DNA from: a virus
Taxonomy: Duplodnaviria; Heunggongvirae; Uroviricota; Caudoviricetes
Length of the DNA stretch: 64,000 bases
Virus record (IMG/VR): IMGVR_UViG_3300028887_000082
Strand: one strand, 5' to 3'
Below, in pieces: positions 15,706 through 26,356 of this stretch. The position numbers and the translations under genes were made by a program. Every line of letters begins with the position of its first letter. Position 1 is the stretch's first letter. Below the pieces are notes generated by a model, which did not search any database, was not told the DNA's origin, and was given only the letters and a program-made list of their open reading frames with translations.

Positions 15706-17197
15706 GAAAGGCAAATATGAGAATATCCTGGATCATGGATATACAGTCTGGCTTGACTTCTTGCTGAATGACCAGCAGAAGGATGTCATCAAGCAGATAA
15801 ATGACTTCATAACAAGTCCTACTGAATTTGCTATGACCATATCCGGATGGGCTGGAACAGGTAAGACCACCCTGATGGAAATTGTCAACAAGAGGTACTG
15901 GATGAGTCATACTGTTCATTTTGCAGCCACTACACACAAGGCAGCAGGTGTACTCAAGGAGAAAGTAGGAAAGAAGGTATTTACTGTCAATTCACTCTTT
16001 GGAATCATGATTGAAACCGATATGGAGGGTGAAACATATGATGTGTCCAAGAAAGCAAGGAAACTATCTGATGACAAAGTGAAACCAAACTCAATCATCA
16101 TTATTGATGAGGCATCTATGCTTTCCATCCAGAACTATATTGATGTGATTCTCAAGGCAAGAGAAAGAAAGTGCAAGATAATCTTCATAGGTGATTCAGC
16201 ACAGTTGTCTCCTGTCAATGAGGATGACATCTCCATTGTGTTCAGAAATACAGATCACAGGATAGTGGAACTCACCAAAGTGATGAGAACTGATGATGAC
16301 TCCATCCTGAATGAATCCACTTCTGTAAGAACAGGTGATGGATTCACATATGAAACTCACATCAATGAAGAGGGAGATGGTGTCAGATATATCTCAAGTA
16401 AGGATACAAAAGCAATTCTTGATGTAATTGACAATCATATTGAAGGTCTGAAAGATGATCCCAATTACTTCAGGGTACTTACATACACCAATGCCAATGT
16501 GGAGAAACTGAACAGGATGATCCGCAAGAAACTTGGTTATGACGGTCTGAATCCACAACCTGGGGAACCATTGATGGCATACAGTAACTGGGGGTATCAG
16601 GGTATGGGTCTATCAGGTGCTGTATATGTTGTGGTCAATTCGGAGGCATATACAGTCAAGAGTGTTCCTGAAATGTATGATGTCATTGTCCATAAAGAGG
16701 ATGTAAGCAGAATGATAACATACACCAATGAATCAAGATTGGATGACTACAACCTTGAAATCATTGACCTTGAGATTGAAGACTCACTGGGTATTCCTAT
16801 TGATGTTCCTTTGATTGATGTCAAGAACAACTCTCACAACAGGGAGATAGTGGTTGCCCTTGCATATGAGAAAGTCCATCAGTGGAATCTCTACAGGGAA
16901 GCGGAAAACAAAAATGACAAACTGACCTGTCTTGATAAGATAAATGCCATTGATGACTTCCTGTTTGTCAATGACAATGTATATGACAAGTATGGAACTC
17001 TGATCCAGGCCAAGGTGATTGACTATGGTTATGCCCATACAATCCACAAGAGTCAGGGAAGTACCTTCAGGCATGTTCTCATCAATGATGATGACATCAA
17101 CCGCTGTCTTGACAAGAATGTAAAAAAGCAGCTCAGGTATGTGGCTGTTACCAGGGCACAGAAATCAGCAAATATTATTACATCACATGTTGTTTAA
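15698..17197 (+). CDS. Dda/RecD-like superfamily 1 DNA helicase
   Basis: Walker [12 protein letters not shown]; Walker [11 protein letters not shown]; C-terminal motif [11 protein letters not shown]. Confidence 0.85.
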   Translation: MIKKGKYENILDHGYTVWLDFLLNDQQKDVIKQINDFITSPTEFAMTISGWAGTGKTTLMEIVNKRYWMSHTVHFAATTHKAAGVLKEKVGKKVFTVNSLFGIMIETDMEGETYDVSKKARKLSDDKVKPNSIIIIDEASMLSIQNYIDVILKARERKCKIIFIGDSAQLSPVNEDDISIVFRNTDHRIVELTKVMRTDDDSILNESTSVRTGDGFTYETHINEEGDGVRYISSKDTKAILDVIDNHIEGLKDDPNYFRVLTYTNANVEKLNRMIRKKLGYDGLNPQPGEPLMAYSNWGYQGMGLSGAVYVVVNSEAYTVKSVPEMYDVIVHKEDVSRMITYTNESRLDDYNLEIIDLEIEDSLGIPIDVPLIDVKNNSHNREIVVALAYEKVHQWNLYREAENKNDKLTCLDKINAIDDFLFVNDNVYDKYGTLIQAKVIDYGYAHTIHKSQGSTFRHVLINDDDINRCLDKNVKKQLRYVAVTRAQKSANIITSHVV

Positions 17198-17199
17198 TT

Positions 17200-17811
17200 A
17201 TGAGTTATAAGATTAGTTTATACAGATGTCCAAAGAAGGATGTTGATTCAATAAGGGACATCACAGATGAGGAGTTTGAGGTCAATTATGACAAGATATA
17301 TGCCACACTTGAAAAGGAGAAAATCAAGTATGACACCCTTGCAAATATACTTGACACTGGTATGGAGGTTAGGGAAAACCTATGCAGCAGAATCTTCACA
17401 AACAAACTGAAGTGTGAAGAGGATGTATCTTTCTACACAATATCCAAAGACCAGCTCAGGAATATCATAGAAAAAATCAGGCAGCGCACCTTTGAATATG
17501 AATGGGGAAACACCATTGATTATGACAATAAAATAATAGGTGAAAAGATACATGGAGATTTGTCCTGGGAGAAACCTACCTGGGATGAAGCCATCAAACA
17601 TGTATGTCGTGAATCAAGGTTTGACGCAAGGATGTGGGCAGACTATCTGGAGAATGAAGACGGTACTAAAAGATACACCAATGTAGATACCAGTGACAAT
17701 AAGTGGTGGATTACCAATGGGTTTGGTTACAAGTACTGCATATTCAACTTTGTGCATATCCTGAAGTGTTTTGACTGGGAAAATGACTATCTTGTCGCAA
17801 TCGGCGGATAA
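17200..17811 (+). CDS. hypothetical protein (203 aa)
   Basis: + strand ORF adjoining the helicase stop. Confidence 0.55.
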   Translation: MSYKISLYRCPKKDVDSIRDITDEEFEVNYDKIYATLEKEKIKYDTLANILDTGMEVRENLCSRIFTNKLKCEEDVSFYTISKDQLRNIIEKIRQRTFEYEWGNTIDYDNKIIGEKIHGDLSWEKPTWDEAIKHVCRESRFDARMWADYLENEDGTKRYTNVDTSDNKWWITNGFGYKYCIFNFVHILKCFDWENDYLVAIGG

Positions 17812-17839
17812 ATTATTTTTCAATTTACATAAATAACGT

Positions 17840-18280
17840 ATGGGAAAATATAGAATGTACAGCTTGGTGCTGAGGCAACTAAACCCAATTCAAAAAGGTG
17901 TTCAATCAGCACACTCAATCGTCGAATACGCAAAGAAATTCTACAAATCCACTGAATATATACAGTGGGTTAATGTGGATAAGACCATTATCATACTTGA
18001 TGGTGGAACATATCCTGAATTGAAAGAATGTAGGGACACCCTCATCGATTTAGGTGTACCTTATATGGCTTTCTATGAAGAAGATCTTGGTGATGTGATG
18101 ACTTCAATATCATTCCTGGTTGAAGACAAGGTCTGGGATTCGAAGTCATATCCTTCTTATGAAGATGAACTTGATGAGAATTCATCTGAATCCGAAAATC
18201 CGGTATGGCTCATTATGATGGGTGGAAAACGGAATCTTGAATTAAGGAAATTCCTGATGAGTAAAAGACTTTCAGCATAA
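17840..18280 (+). CDS. hypothetical protein; weak resemblance to PTH2-type peptidyl-tRNA hydrolase
   Basis: LVLRQLNPIQKGVQSAHSIVEY resembles the PTH2 motif (MxxGKxxAQxxHA); only a short segment matches. Confidence 0.35.
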   Translation: MGKYRMYSLVLRQLNPIQKGVQSAHSIVEYAKKFYKSTEYIQWVNVDKTIIILDGGTYPELKECRDTLIDLGVPYMAFYEEDLGDVMTSISFLVEDKVWDSKSYPSYEDELDENSSESENPVWLIMMGGKRNLELRKFLMSKRLSA

Positions 18281-18311
18281 AAGTGATGAACAAAAGTTCA
18301 TCACTTTTTTG
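18280..18311 (+). terminator. rho-independent terminator (AGTGATGAAC-AAAA-GTTCATCACT-TTTTT)
   Basis: Perfect 10-bp stem plus T6; followed by GTTATATTT. Confidence 0.8.
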
Positions 18312-18654
18312 TTATATTTACTTTATAATACTTAAGGTTATGACTGATAATGAACTGTTCCACTATATCTGTATGTATGTGACCGATGATGTCTTCACAT
18401 TTGAGGAAAGGAGGAGTATGAGTGTGGAGGATTTCCACCAGTATGTAAGAGAACACTTCATACCCATACCCAAATCAGAACTCATCACAGGTGTAATTTA
18501 TGATGGATATTGCCGGAACACCAACAGGGCAACATGGGATGGGGAGGAATTTCATTATAAAAGACATAAGTTCGGTACCACATTTGATGACACAATCAAC
18601 CATTATGAAGATGATGAAGGTTATGATGTGTTTGTACCCATAAAGGAGATTTGA
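18283..18654 (+). CDS. hypothetical protein (true start probably MTDNELFHY at ~18340)
   Basis: The ORF's 5' end overlaps the terminator hairpin, so the internal ATG is more likely. Confidence 0.5.
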   Translation: MMNKSSSLFCYIYFIILKVMTDNELFHYICMYVTDDVFTFEERRSMSVEDFHQYVREHFIPIPKSELITGVIYDGYCRNTNRATWDGEEFHYKRHKFGTTFDDTINHYEDDEGYDVFVPIKEI

Positions 18655-18655
18655 T

Positions 18656-19021
18656 ATGGAGAAATATAAAGCAAAAGGTTTGTATGGTGAAGGGGATGTT
18701 TATGTCCTCAAGACTATGGAAGACTGGGATGAACTTGAAAGAATAAAGAGATCAAGATCCCCGGAATTTCCAAAATGGACTCCTGCCTTCTTTGACATCA
18801 AGGAGGATTTCCGTAAATTCATTGGAAAGATTTGGCAGGATAAGGAGAAACTCAGGTACCTATATAATGGTGAACCGGTTTATGTCCAGTATAGAATAAT
18901 TGCCATTGAAGATAACGATCCAATGGCAGACTTCTATTGGGTAGTACAGAATGTAGATGATGACAGGGATATTAAGTATATCAATGTCCTTACACCAATC
19001 AGGAATGATATAATCTTTTAA
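18656..19021 (+). CDS. hypothetical protein (121 aa)
   Basis: + strand ORF, 1-nt spacing from the upstream gene. Confidence 0.5.
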   Translation: MEKYKAKGLYGEGDVYVLKTMEDWDELERIKRSRSPEFPKWTPAFFDIKEDFRKFIGKIWQDKEKLRYLYNGEPVYVQYRIIAIEDNDPMADFYWVVQNVDDDRDIKYINVLTPIRNDIIF

Positions 19022-19176
19022 ACATATGGATACATTTAGATACAAGGTCATTAAGACTTCTACAGAATTGAGTGAAGCGAAACTCAACGAATTCGGCCGC
19101 AGAGGATTTGAACTTGTCAGTGTTGATTCTGATGAGTATGGTCACAGATATTATTTCAAAGTAAAGGTGGAGAACA

Positions 19177-19746
19177 ATGGGTAAACTGACATTCACTTAT
19201 GCCTGTATGGGTGCCGGCAAAACAACCCAGATGCTCACAATGTTTGACCAATATAAGAGGAGAAAGAAGAAACCCATCATTGTCAAACCCTGTATAGATG
19301 TGAGGGAAGGTGTGTTCACTGGTTGGGGTATCACAAAGTCACGAATTACGAAGAACGAGGAACCGACCTATTACTACAAGAATCTGAAAGAAGAGTTGGA
19401 GAAACTTGACTATGGTGTTCTCTTTGTGGATGAGGTACAGTTCCTATCCAGGGAAGATGTCCTGACACTCTGTGATGTATGTGACAAAAAGGATGTTGAT
19501 GTGTTCTGTTTTGGACTCAAGACTGATGTGACTGGTAATCTCTTTGAAGGGAGCAGATACCTGTTGGCCCTGGCAGATAACCTCAATGAAATCCAGACTC
19601 CCTGTGAGATAGAAGGATGTAACTGTAATGCAACCTGTCATATCAGATATATAAATGGTGTGAGGGATACAGATGGAAGAACTGTCGCAATAGAGACGGG
19701 AGATGTGACATATAAGGCAGTGTGTAGGAAACACTGGAAGTTATAA
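19177..19746 (+). CDS. tdk: thymidine kinase
   Basis: P-loop ACMGAGKTTQML; FVDEVQFL; FCFGLKTDVTGNLFEGSRYLLALADNLNEIQTPCE with C-terminal Cys cluster; ~190 aa. Confidence 0.85.
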   Translation: MGKLTFTYACMGAGKTTQMLTMFDQYKRRKKKPIIVKPCIDVREGVFTGWGITKSRITKNEEPTYYYKNLKEELEKLDYGVLFVDEVQFLSREDVLTLCDVCDKKDVDVFCFGLKTDVTGNLFEGSRYLLALADNLNEIQTPCEIEGCNCNATCHIRYINGVRDTDGRTVAIETGDVTYKAVCRKHWKL

Positions 19747-19767
19747 AATATGTGAAAAATATCATGA

Positions 19768-19796
19768 AAAGTGGAGATATACTCTCCACTTTTGTT
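19768..19796 (+). terminator. rho-independent terminator (GTGGAGA-TATAC-TCTCCAC-TTTTG)
   Basis: Perfect 7-bp stem plus T-run after tdk. Confidence 0.7.
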
Positions 19797-19823
19797 ATTT
19801 TTATAATGAAAAATTATTGAGTT

Positions 19824-20045
19824 ATGAAAATATATGGAATTAAATGCATCCAGTCTGAATGGGATGGATGCAATGGTTGTGAAACAGACAGTTATTTGTT
19901 GGACTATTTTTTCAGCACAAGAGAAAAAGCAGAAGAAAATCTTTTAGAAGATGTACATAGTGCTGGGTACAGAAAAAGGTATGAGGTTGCTGAAATAGAC
20001 CTTGACAGATATACTACAAGACCTGAATACCGCAGAAAGAAATGA
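19824..20045 (+). CDS. hypothetical small protein (73 aa, Cys-containing)
   Basis: + strand ORF. Confidence 0.4.
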   Translation: MKIYGIKCIQSEWDGCNGCETDSYLLDYFFSTREKAEENLLEDVHSAGYRKRYEVAEIDLDRYTTRPEYRRKK

Positions 20046-20500
20046 AAGAATTGACAGAGACCGAAAAGCAGTATGTATGGTTACATGAGTTCTATGAACT
20101 TGAGGACAAAACCAAGTCAAGATCATATGATAACTATGATTCCAAGAGATCTGCTGTTGCCATATTAAAATGTACAGGTAAGATAAAGTATGGTCTTTAT
20201 GAAGCAACTGTAATAGACATAGTTTCAAAAGAGGAGTTCAGGGTTATGGGGACTCTGTCTGAATATACCCAGCAGTACAGGATAGGTCAGAAGATACAGT
20301 TGAGACAACACAGGGAACAACCTACAAGAAGTTCCTTTTCAGACCACCATCACCACTTCTGGTATAATCCAGAACACAGGGACACCTTCCAGGGTGAGAG
20401 ATATGAACTGTTGCAGTATGAAGCACAGTGTATCAACTACAAGATAGATGATGTAACAAAATATACAACAATGGAATTGATTCCAGTTTCTAACAGATAA
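20042..20500 (+). CDS. hypothetical protein (152 aa)
   Basis: + strand ORF; 4-nt overlap with the upstream gene (ATGA). Confidence 0.5.
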   Translation: MKELTETEKQYVWLHEFYELEDKTKSRSYDNYDSKRSAVAILKCTGKIKYGLYEATVIDIVSKEEFRVMGTLSEYTQQYRIGQKIQLRQHREQPTRSSFSDHHHHFWYNPEHRDTFQGERYELLQYEAQCINYKIDDVTKYTTMELIPVSNR

Positions 20501-20505
20501 ACATT

Positions 20506-20697
20506 ATGTACATAGGATTTAAACATTACAAGACATTTCAGTGGATTGAGGAAAAGACCTCTGATGAGTTACCAATTGTTCCAGACAAGGGAGATGTTGT
20601 CTGGTTAAAGGGTCATCAATACAAGGTCAAGTCTAAACTGTTCAACATCATTGATGGAAAGCATTCATTGATGTTCATATTTGTAAAAGAGGTATGA
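20506..20697 (+). CDS. hypothetical small protein (63 aa)
   Basis: + strand ORF. Confidence 0.4.
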   Translation: MYIGFKHYKTFQWIEEKTSDELPIVPDKGDVVWLKGHQYKVKSKLFNIIDGKHSLMFIFVKEV

Positions 20698-20870
20698 GTA
20701 TGTGGGAATTAATATGTTTAGCATTATTTGTTGGAATTGCTACTCTTCTTGCATTTATAATTATATTTGGTATAGGTTATACTATCTATATTGGTATAGA
20801 ATATTTCATTCACAGGAAGAAACTTATGAGGAAGTTAAGAGATGTTGATCTTGAACATTTTGATTGAGAT

Positions 20871-21056
20871 ATGATGACAAAGGAATTAGAAGAGTGGTTG
20901 AGGTATCACTGGAGAAGGGATAACCACCCCAAATATCAGAGATATTTTGAAGAGTGGATGGCAAATCTTCTGCCAACACAGATAGAGTATTTCAAGAAAC
21001 AGATGTACAATGAGAAGAATGGAATCCTGGGTAAGACAATGACAAATAAGAAATGA
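20871..21056 (+). CDS. hypothetical small protein (61 aa)
   Basis: + strand ORF. Confidence 0.4.
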   Translation: MMTKELEEWLRYHWRRDNHPKYQRYFEEWMANLLPTQIEYFKKQMYNEKNGILGKTMTNKK

Positions 21057-21057
21057 T

Positions 21058-21267
21058 ATGAATAACAGTATAAAAGTGATAATAAGTCCTCTTGTCGGAA
21101 CAAAGAATTACAGTATGCATGAAGGTAAGGAATTGGTTCTACCTTGTGTACCTCAAATTGGATCAGTCATTGAAATTGGCAGTGACAACCTTGAAGTCAA
21201 AAGAGTGTTTTATATATATAAAGAAGGTGAATATAAAGTTTATTTAAGTGTAACTGACTGGAATTAA
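21058..21267 (+). CDS. hypothetical small protein (69 aa)
   Basis: + strand ORF, 1-nt spacing. Confidence 0.4.
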   Translation: MNNSIKVIISPLVGTKNYSMHEGKELVLPCVPQIGSVIEIGSDNLEVKRVFYIYKEGEYKVYLSVTDWN

Positions 21268-21268
21268 T

Positions 21269-21472
21269 ATGACTAAATTTACATTAATCCCAATACACTG
21301 TAAGGTCCTCAGGATTTATTATTCCAAGATGTGTTATAATGGATACTGTGATAAATCTGTTCTCAAAGATAAGGAATGGGTTGTGGGAAAATACTTTGTT
21401 GCTGAACATTCAAAGACACCAGGTCTTAAAGAGGGTGACAGTTTTATAATCAAAGAAATATATACTGATTGA
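21269..21472 (+). CDS. hypothetical small protein (67 aa)
   Basis: + strand ORF, 1-nt spacing. Confidence 0.4.
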   Translation: MTKFTLIPIHCKVLRIYYSKMCYNGYCDKSVLKDKEWVVGKYFVAEHSKTPGLKEGDSFIIKEIYTD

Positions 21473-21903
21473 GATATGGATAACAGTACATTAATCACTT
21501 TATTTATTTTTGGTGCAGGATTTCTTTTGGGGTTTTGGATTAGTGACAAGATGTCAAATAACAAAAGAAGAAATTAGTATGAAACTATTGAATGTATTTA
21601 AATGGATGTGGTATGAACTCGGTATTATGGGAACCCTGATTGATGATTATGGAGATCCCGACGGAGCACAGAAACTCCGTATTGAACTATATAAAAAACA
21701 GGATGAACTAAAATGAAAATACTTTGTGTTATATTTTTGATTTACCTAATTGTAGGAACACTTGCGTTTATAGGTGGATCCATATATGCTATACTAACAT
21801 ATAAAAGAGATAAATCCAAAAAGAGTAATTATGGTTATCCATATCTGGGATTCAACAATCCCCTTATGGATGGGTTTGAATAATAGAATATAAAAAAGAT
21901 ATA

Positions 21904-22422
21904 ATGGAAAAGAAAGGTAATATGGATGAGTACATAGACAGACTCATCAGGGAACTTCCAGGTGTCCATACCTATGAGTATGGTCAGAGTTGGCACAAGG
22001 GTACATATGAAGGTTTGGCTGCCTTTGCCAAACTTCTTATAGAATATGGTATTGAACTTGGTCACACAGAAGCAGATGTGGAATCCAAAATGACAAGTAT
22101 ATACAGCAAACCTCTGGATGAGGCTGCAAGAAAATATGAGGATTATTATGATGCATGTGATGAGACACCATACCTGTACTGTATGAGAGGTGATATGGAA
22201 CAGGCATACAAGGCCGGTGCAGAATGGCAGAGAATCCATGACATAGAGGGAAGAGGTGTTGATATAGAGTCAGGTAAGGAGATTATGAAGATGGAGTTGA
22301 TGAAGGATGCAAAAGAATGTACTGTTTTCATCAGTGATGGAAAGAAAGTTATCAACCCTGGTAATATAGAGGTTGATGCAGATTTTGGTGATAAAGTTAA
22401 ACTTGTAATTATAAAGGAGTGA
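21904..22422 (+). CDS. paralog family A protein (172 aa) with C-terminal GDKVKLVIIKE motif
   Basis: Shares xGAxWQ and ...DGxxx...(F/V)GDKVKL(I/V)IxK(D/E) with 22427..23140 and 28781..29599. Confidence 0.55.
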   Translation: MEKKGNMDEYIDRLIRELPGVHTYEYGQSWHKGTYEGLAAFAKLLIEYGIELGHTEADVESKMTSIYSKPLDEAARKYEDYYDACDETPYLYCMRGDMEQAYKAGAEWQRIHDIEGRGVDIESGKEIMKMELMKDAKECTVFISDGKKVINPGNIEVDADFGDKVKLVIIKE

Positions 22423-22426
22423 GATT

Positions 22427-23140
22427 ATGATTGATGATAAGGATATAGAACAGTTAGTTCAGGATTATATTGGTGATGATGATATTGGGGATGATTTAGG
22501 AGATATCCTTGATGGATTTGGCAGATACTTGCGTGACAAGATATTATCAAAGGGGGCATATGAAGGAGATGACCTGGAAAGGGCAGCAGAGAAATATGAA
22601 CACAACAGAGCCTATGAGAATGAGATGGAGAGGTATGCCAATTACCTTGAAGGTCTTGAAGAAGATGAAACCCCAAGAATGAAAGAACCATCACCAGATA
22701 CAGAGTATATATTAAATGCTGATATGATTGATTCTTTTATAGCTGGTGCCCAATGGATGGAATCAAAGATGATAGGAGATTACAGATGGATGACTCCTCA
22801 CAAGACCAAGATAATCCAGAAGTCCTGGTATCTGGAAGGATGGCATGACCACAAATATAACCAGAAACCCCAGTTTGAACCTGGTCCGGACTTGGAACAG
22901 AAATACCGACCCTGTCATATGACTGGTGATGAAGTACAGGAACTGTGTAACAGGAACTATGAGAATGGTAAAAAGGATAAGGAGGAGGAGATAATGAAAG
23001 ATGCCATTCATTGTAAAGTGTTCTGGCATGATGGTCCACTGTTAGATTATACCCAGGAACAACAGGATGATGCTCTTGAAAAGATAGGAGCAGAAGTCGG
23101 TGACAAGGTGAAACTTATAATTGTTAAAGACAATGAGTGA
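22427..23140 (+). CDS. paralog family A protein (237 aa), acidic N-terminus, C-terminal VGDKVKLIIVKDNE
   Basis: FIAGAQWMESK and CKVFWHDGPL...VGDKVKLIIVKD parallel 21904..22422 (AGAEWQRIH; CTVFISDGKKV...FGDKVKLVIIKE). Confidence 0.55.
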   Translation: MIDDKDIEQLVQDYIGDDDIGDDLGDILDGFGRYLRDKILSKGAYEGDDLERAAEKYEHNRAYENEMERYANYLEGLEEDETPRMKEPSPDTEYILNADMIDSFIAGAQWMESKMIGDYRWMTPHKTKIIQKSWYLEGWHDHKYNQKPQFEPGPDLEQKYRPCHMTGDEVQELCNRNYENGKKDKEEEIMKDAIHCKVFWHDGPLLDYTQEQQDDALEKIGAEVGDKVKLIIVKDNE

Positions 23141-23690
23141 TTCCAAATCCCTACATTACCAACTTTGTCTGGAAGGTGCCAAGTGGTTACATAGGAAAAA
23201 GAATGACTACAAGAAGTGCCCAAATAAAGACTGTCACTTGAAGTTCTGCCGGAACTGTGAGACTTACGATTACGTTGCGGTGGAACTCTGTGTATATGGT
23301 GCAGAGAACACTGATGTATGGGGTTACTCATGTGGAAGTCATACCAGTGCAGTCATTGAAGTAAAGACATCTCATTCCGATTTTCTGGCAGATCAGAAGA
23401 AATGGTGGAGAAGTAAGGAAGCAGAGAATGGTGGGTTCCAGGCTGGACAAAGGAGATGGTATCTATGTCCGGAAGGTGTCATCAAACCTGATGAACTTCC
23501 CGAGGGTTGGGGACTTCTTTACTGGGATGGCAAGAAGGTATATCATGTGGTGAATCCTGTTATGACAGACAGGAAAACATCCAGGGCAGATATGATAATG
23601 CTGACATCTATATTGAGGCGAGAGAATTTCCCCAAGAAGATTTACAACTACAGATACACTAATCCAAATTTCCAAAATGATTTGGAATAA
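23121..23690 (+). CDS. hypothetical Cys-rich protein (189 aa)
   Basis: CPNKDCHLKFCRNCETYDY...C...C cluster suggests a Zn-binding module. Confidence 0.5.
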   Translation: MLKTMSDSKSLHYQLCLEGAKWLHRKKNDYKKCPNKDCHLKFCRNCETYDYVAVELCVYGAENTDVWGYSCGSHTSAVIEVKTSHSDFLADQKKWWRSKEAENGGFQAGQRRWYLCPEGVIKPDELPEGWGLLYWDGKKVYHVVNPVMTDRKTSRADMIMLTSILRRENFPKKIYNYRYTNPNFQNDLE

Positions 23691-23712
23691 CAAGAAAAAA
23701 TCATTATCTTTG
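23681..23712 (+). promoter_or_regulatory. Bacteroidota-type promoter (TTTGG, 20 nt, TATCTTTG)
   Basis: TTTGGAATAACAAGAAAAAATCATTATCTTTGTAATGG upstream of ORF ~23726. Confidence 0.5.
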
Positions 23713-23823
23713 TAATGGAGAAATAATGTTTAAGAATATGTGGATAGTATTATTACTGTTGATTGGATTGATAGCTTGCCTTTGGAAAGGTGAAGGTAGT
23801 AAGTAATTTTAAAAAATATAATT

Positions 23824-24039
23824 ATGGCTTGGTATTGGATTGTAGCAATTATCATTGGCTACTTTATTTTTGGTAGCACCCTTACAGCTCTTGCAGTAAG
23901 ATTTGACATTGTTGAAGACAATGAGGAAGCTGGCTTCTGTATTGTGTTCTGGCCAGTTTACACACCGGTGAGATTTATATTCTGGTTGTGCGCAACTATC
24001 TATTGTGAAATTGCATTCCCAAAAAACAAAAGAAAATGA
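23824..24039 (+). CDS. small membrane protein, MAWY family (71 aa)
   Basis: N-terminus MAWYWIVAIIIGYFIFGSTLTALAV parallels 25130..25321 (MAWYFIVLIVLGYFIIGGITAGLYK); two TM helices. Confidence 0.5.
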   Translation: MAWYWIVAIIIGYFIFGSTLTALAVRFDIVEDNEEAGFCIVFWPVYTPVRFIFWLCATIYCEIAFPKNKRK

Positions 24040-24260
24040 AAAGAATTGATTTTAGAGTTCTGTTGAAGTCAATAGGACTGTTTATTCTGGTGATTGGAGC
24101 AATCATAGGATTTTGCTTTTTTACAACTTTTTATCCTGTGGCGGGGTGTTGTATTTTCATTATATGTGTATCAGTAGTTTGTATCTGGTGTATATATGAT
24201 ATAGTACTTGATTCTGAACGTCGTATAAAAAACCACACCAAGGATCCTGGATCAATGTAA
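24036..24260 (+). CDS. small membrane protein (74 aa)
   Basis: Two hydrophobic helices; 4-nt overlap with the upstream gene. Confidence 0.45.
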   Translation: MKRIDFRVLLKSIGLFILVIGAIIGFCFFTTFYPVAGCCIFIICVSVVCIWCIYDIVLDSERRIKNHTKDPGSM

Positions 24261-24269
24261 ATTAAAGTT

Positions 24270-24587
24270 ATGAAAGTAAAAGTAATTAAAACAGGAGAAA
24301 TCATAGATGTCGAGTGTTTATACTCCACTGTATATTCAAGATTGGACGGTAATGGTAAAATCTTTGAAGAATACTATGATGATGAGATTGAAATTCTCCA
24401 TGACGGTGAAGAAACACTTGGCGCACGTTTAAGAAACCTTCTCACACCTTACAAGAACCTTATCCAGTTGAATAAGGATGGTAGGGATGTCAGTGGTTAT
24501 CTTGAGGATGTGGAGAAAAACTTCAAAGACTTGTTGGAGTTTTCTGAATTATGGACAATGGAAAACCACTACTTAAAGAAAAAGTGA
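24270..24587 (+). CDS. hypothetical protein (105 aa)
   Basis: + strand ORF. Confidence 0.45.
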   Translation: MKVKVIKTGEIIDVECLYSTVYSRLDGNGKIFEEYYDDEIEILHDGEETLGARLRNLLTPYKNLIQLNKDGRDVSGYLEDVEKNFKDLLEFSELWTMENHYLKKK

Positions 24588-24588
24588 T

Positions 24589-24828
24589 ATGACCAGCACA
24601 GAAGAAAGATGGGCAGCAAAGGCAAAGGATGCTGAACAGAATCTATATGACCTTATTCCCAGGTTCAAGGGTGCTCATGGCAGGTATCTTGCAGAACGTG
24701 ACTTCTATTCATTGAGAAACCTGGCAATGATGGCAGAAAATGTCAAACGGGATTGTATTGACATAATGAGAACATTCAGGGGTCCTGATGTTGAAGAGGA
24801 AATAAGAAAATTAGAAAACTATGACTAA
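24589..24828 (+). CDS. hypothetical protein (79 aa)
   Basis: + strand ORF, 1-nt spacing. Confidence 0.45.
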   Translation: MTSTEERWAAKAKDAEQNLYDLIPRFKGAHGRYLAERDFYSLRNLAMMAENVKRDCIDIMRTFRGPDVEEEIRKLENYD

Positions 24829-25129
24829 TTTCTTTATAAATGGCGTGGTCATAAAGGCGGAGACCGAACAAAAGGCATTGGAAAGATATGCCCGGGAGTA
24901 TGGTCACCACTATGAGGAATATGAAGATGAACTTTATGAAGATGAGATATGAGAAAAGAAGACATTGTAATTGGTAAGAAGGTTTATTACCATCCTATCA
25001 TTGGTGGATCTGAAAAGAAGGAGGCTACTATCACCAGTGAAGTGTTTGTAATTGGAGGTACAGATTGTTGTATGGTTGACACTGTATCCGGTTGTGTTGC
25101 TATTGAGGCATTAAGTAAAAGAGAATAAT

Positions 25130-25321
25130 ATGGCGTGGTATTTTATAGTTTTAATTGTTCTGGGATATTTTATTATTGGTGGTATTACCGCAGGATTATA
25201 CAAAAGATATTTTGAACAACCAGTAGTTGGTGATTTAACTATGGTCATAGGTTTTTTATGGCCTATATTTATAATACCAATGTTTATAGTAATTATTTCT
25301 GACTGGGTATCAAATATATAA
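25130..25321 (+). CDS. small membrane protein, MAWY family (63 aa)
   Basis: Paralog of 23824..24039. Confidence 0.5.
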   Translation: MAWYFIVLIVLGYFIIGGITAGLYKRYFEQPVVGDLTMVIGFLWPIFIIPMFIVIISDWVSNI

Positions 25322-25324
25322 ACC

Positions 25325-25606
25325 ATGAACATAACAAAGGGGAAACTGAAGGTTGAATGGAATGATACCCACACATGGAAGGTCACCAAGAGATACAATA
25401 AAGAAGGAAAGGTGATTGCTATGAAGTTTATGGGCGAGTGGTATTACCCCAGAAAGGATTACAGTGGAAGAGATTGGATGTATGGAAGCTGGTATATCGC
25501 CAGTGATGTCTGTGACAACTGTGCCCTTGAAAAATATTGTAAAGGAGATAATCCAATCTGGAATGCATGTAATGGTGCAGATCAATCAGAAATAAATTGG
25601 CATTAA
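25325..25606 (+). CDS. hypothetical protein (93 aa), Cys-containing
   Basis: + strand ORF. Confidence 0.45.
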   Translation: MNITKGKLKVEWNDTHTWKVTKRYNKEGKVIAMKFMGEWYYPRKDYSGRDWMYGSWYIASDVCDNCALEKYCKGDNPIWNACNGADQSEINWH

Positions 25607-25609
25607 GAT

Positions 25610-26191
25610 ATGAATATTGAAATTTCACAAGAGGATTATGAATTCCTGAAGGAGTTACAGCATGAACTGAACACTCAGGAGAATGATGGAAATGCTGACC
25701 CTGTATTCTGGGGTGTGGAAGAGACTGTTGAAGAGTGCAGAGGTGGTGATGGTGAATATGGTGGAGACCCATATATTCATTATGATGATGGTGACTGGAC
25801 ACTTGAAGAGGCAATTGAAGAGGTTGAGAATGCATTCAAGGATGAGGACAACTATGGTCCATATGATGAAGATACCCGTGAAGCATGGAAGGAGGTTGAC
25901 AAGACCTGCGCAGAGGATGTCTATGATTTTATGACAGAAGAACTTGGATGGAATTTTGTCTATGGTGTTGTTTATGTTGAAAAGGTACCGAGGGTGACTC
26001 CCTATACTGGAGCATTCATCACCAAGAGGGCTTGTAAAAACTATATTGAGAGATTTGGTTACAATCACAACAATCCTCACACATATGCTATGACAGCATA
26101 CAGGAACTTTGAGTTGGCAAGACTGATAAAGATTCTCAAGACTATGAACTTTAAAGATTCAGACAATGGGGGAAAAGAAGCAGATGCATGA
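25610..26191 (+). CDS. hypothetical acidic protein (193 aa)
   Basis: Strongly acidic N-terminal half (D/E-rich). Confidence 0.5.
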   Translation: MNIEISQEDYEFLKELQHELNTQENDGNADPVFWGVEETVEECRGGDGEYGGDPYIHYDDGDWTLEEAIEEVENAFKDEDNYGPYDEDTREAWKEVDKTCAEDVYDFMTEELGWNFVYGVVYVEKVPRVTPYTGAFITKRACKNYIERFGYNHNNPHTYAMTAYRNFELARLIKILKTMNFKDSDNGGKEADA

Positions 26192-26356
26192 ATGGGAGAT
26201 ATATGAGAAAGACCTCCCCTGGTGGTTTTTCCTCATTCACCCCGGTGATGCTATTGTGTTCCAACACTATGGTTCAGTATGTTATGGTGGATACACTATT
26301 GAAGATGTCCCAAAGGAGTACAGGAAACATGCAAGAAAAATAATTCAGATAAAGTA

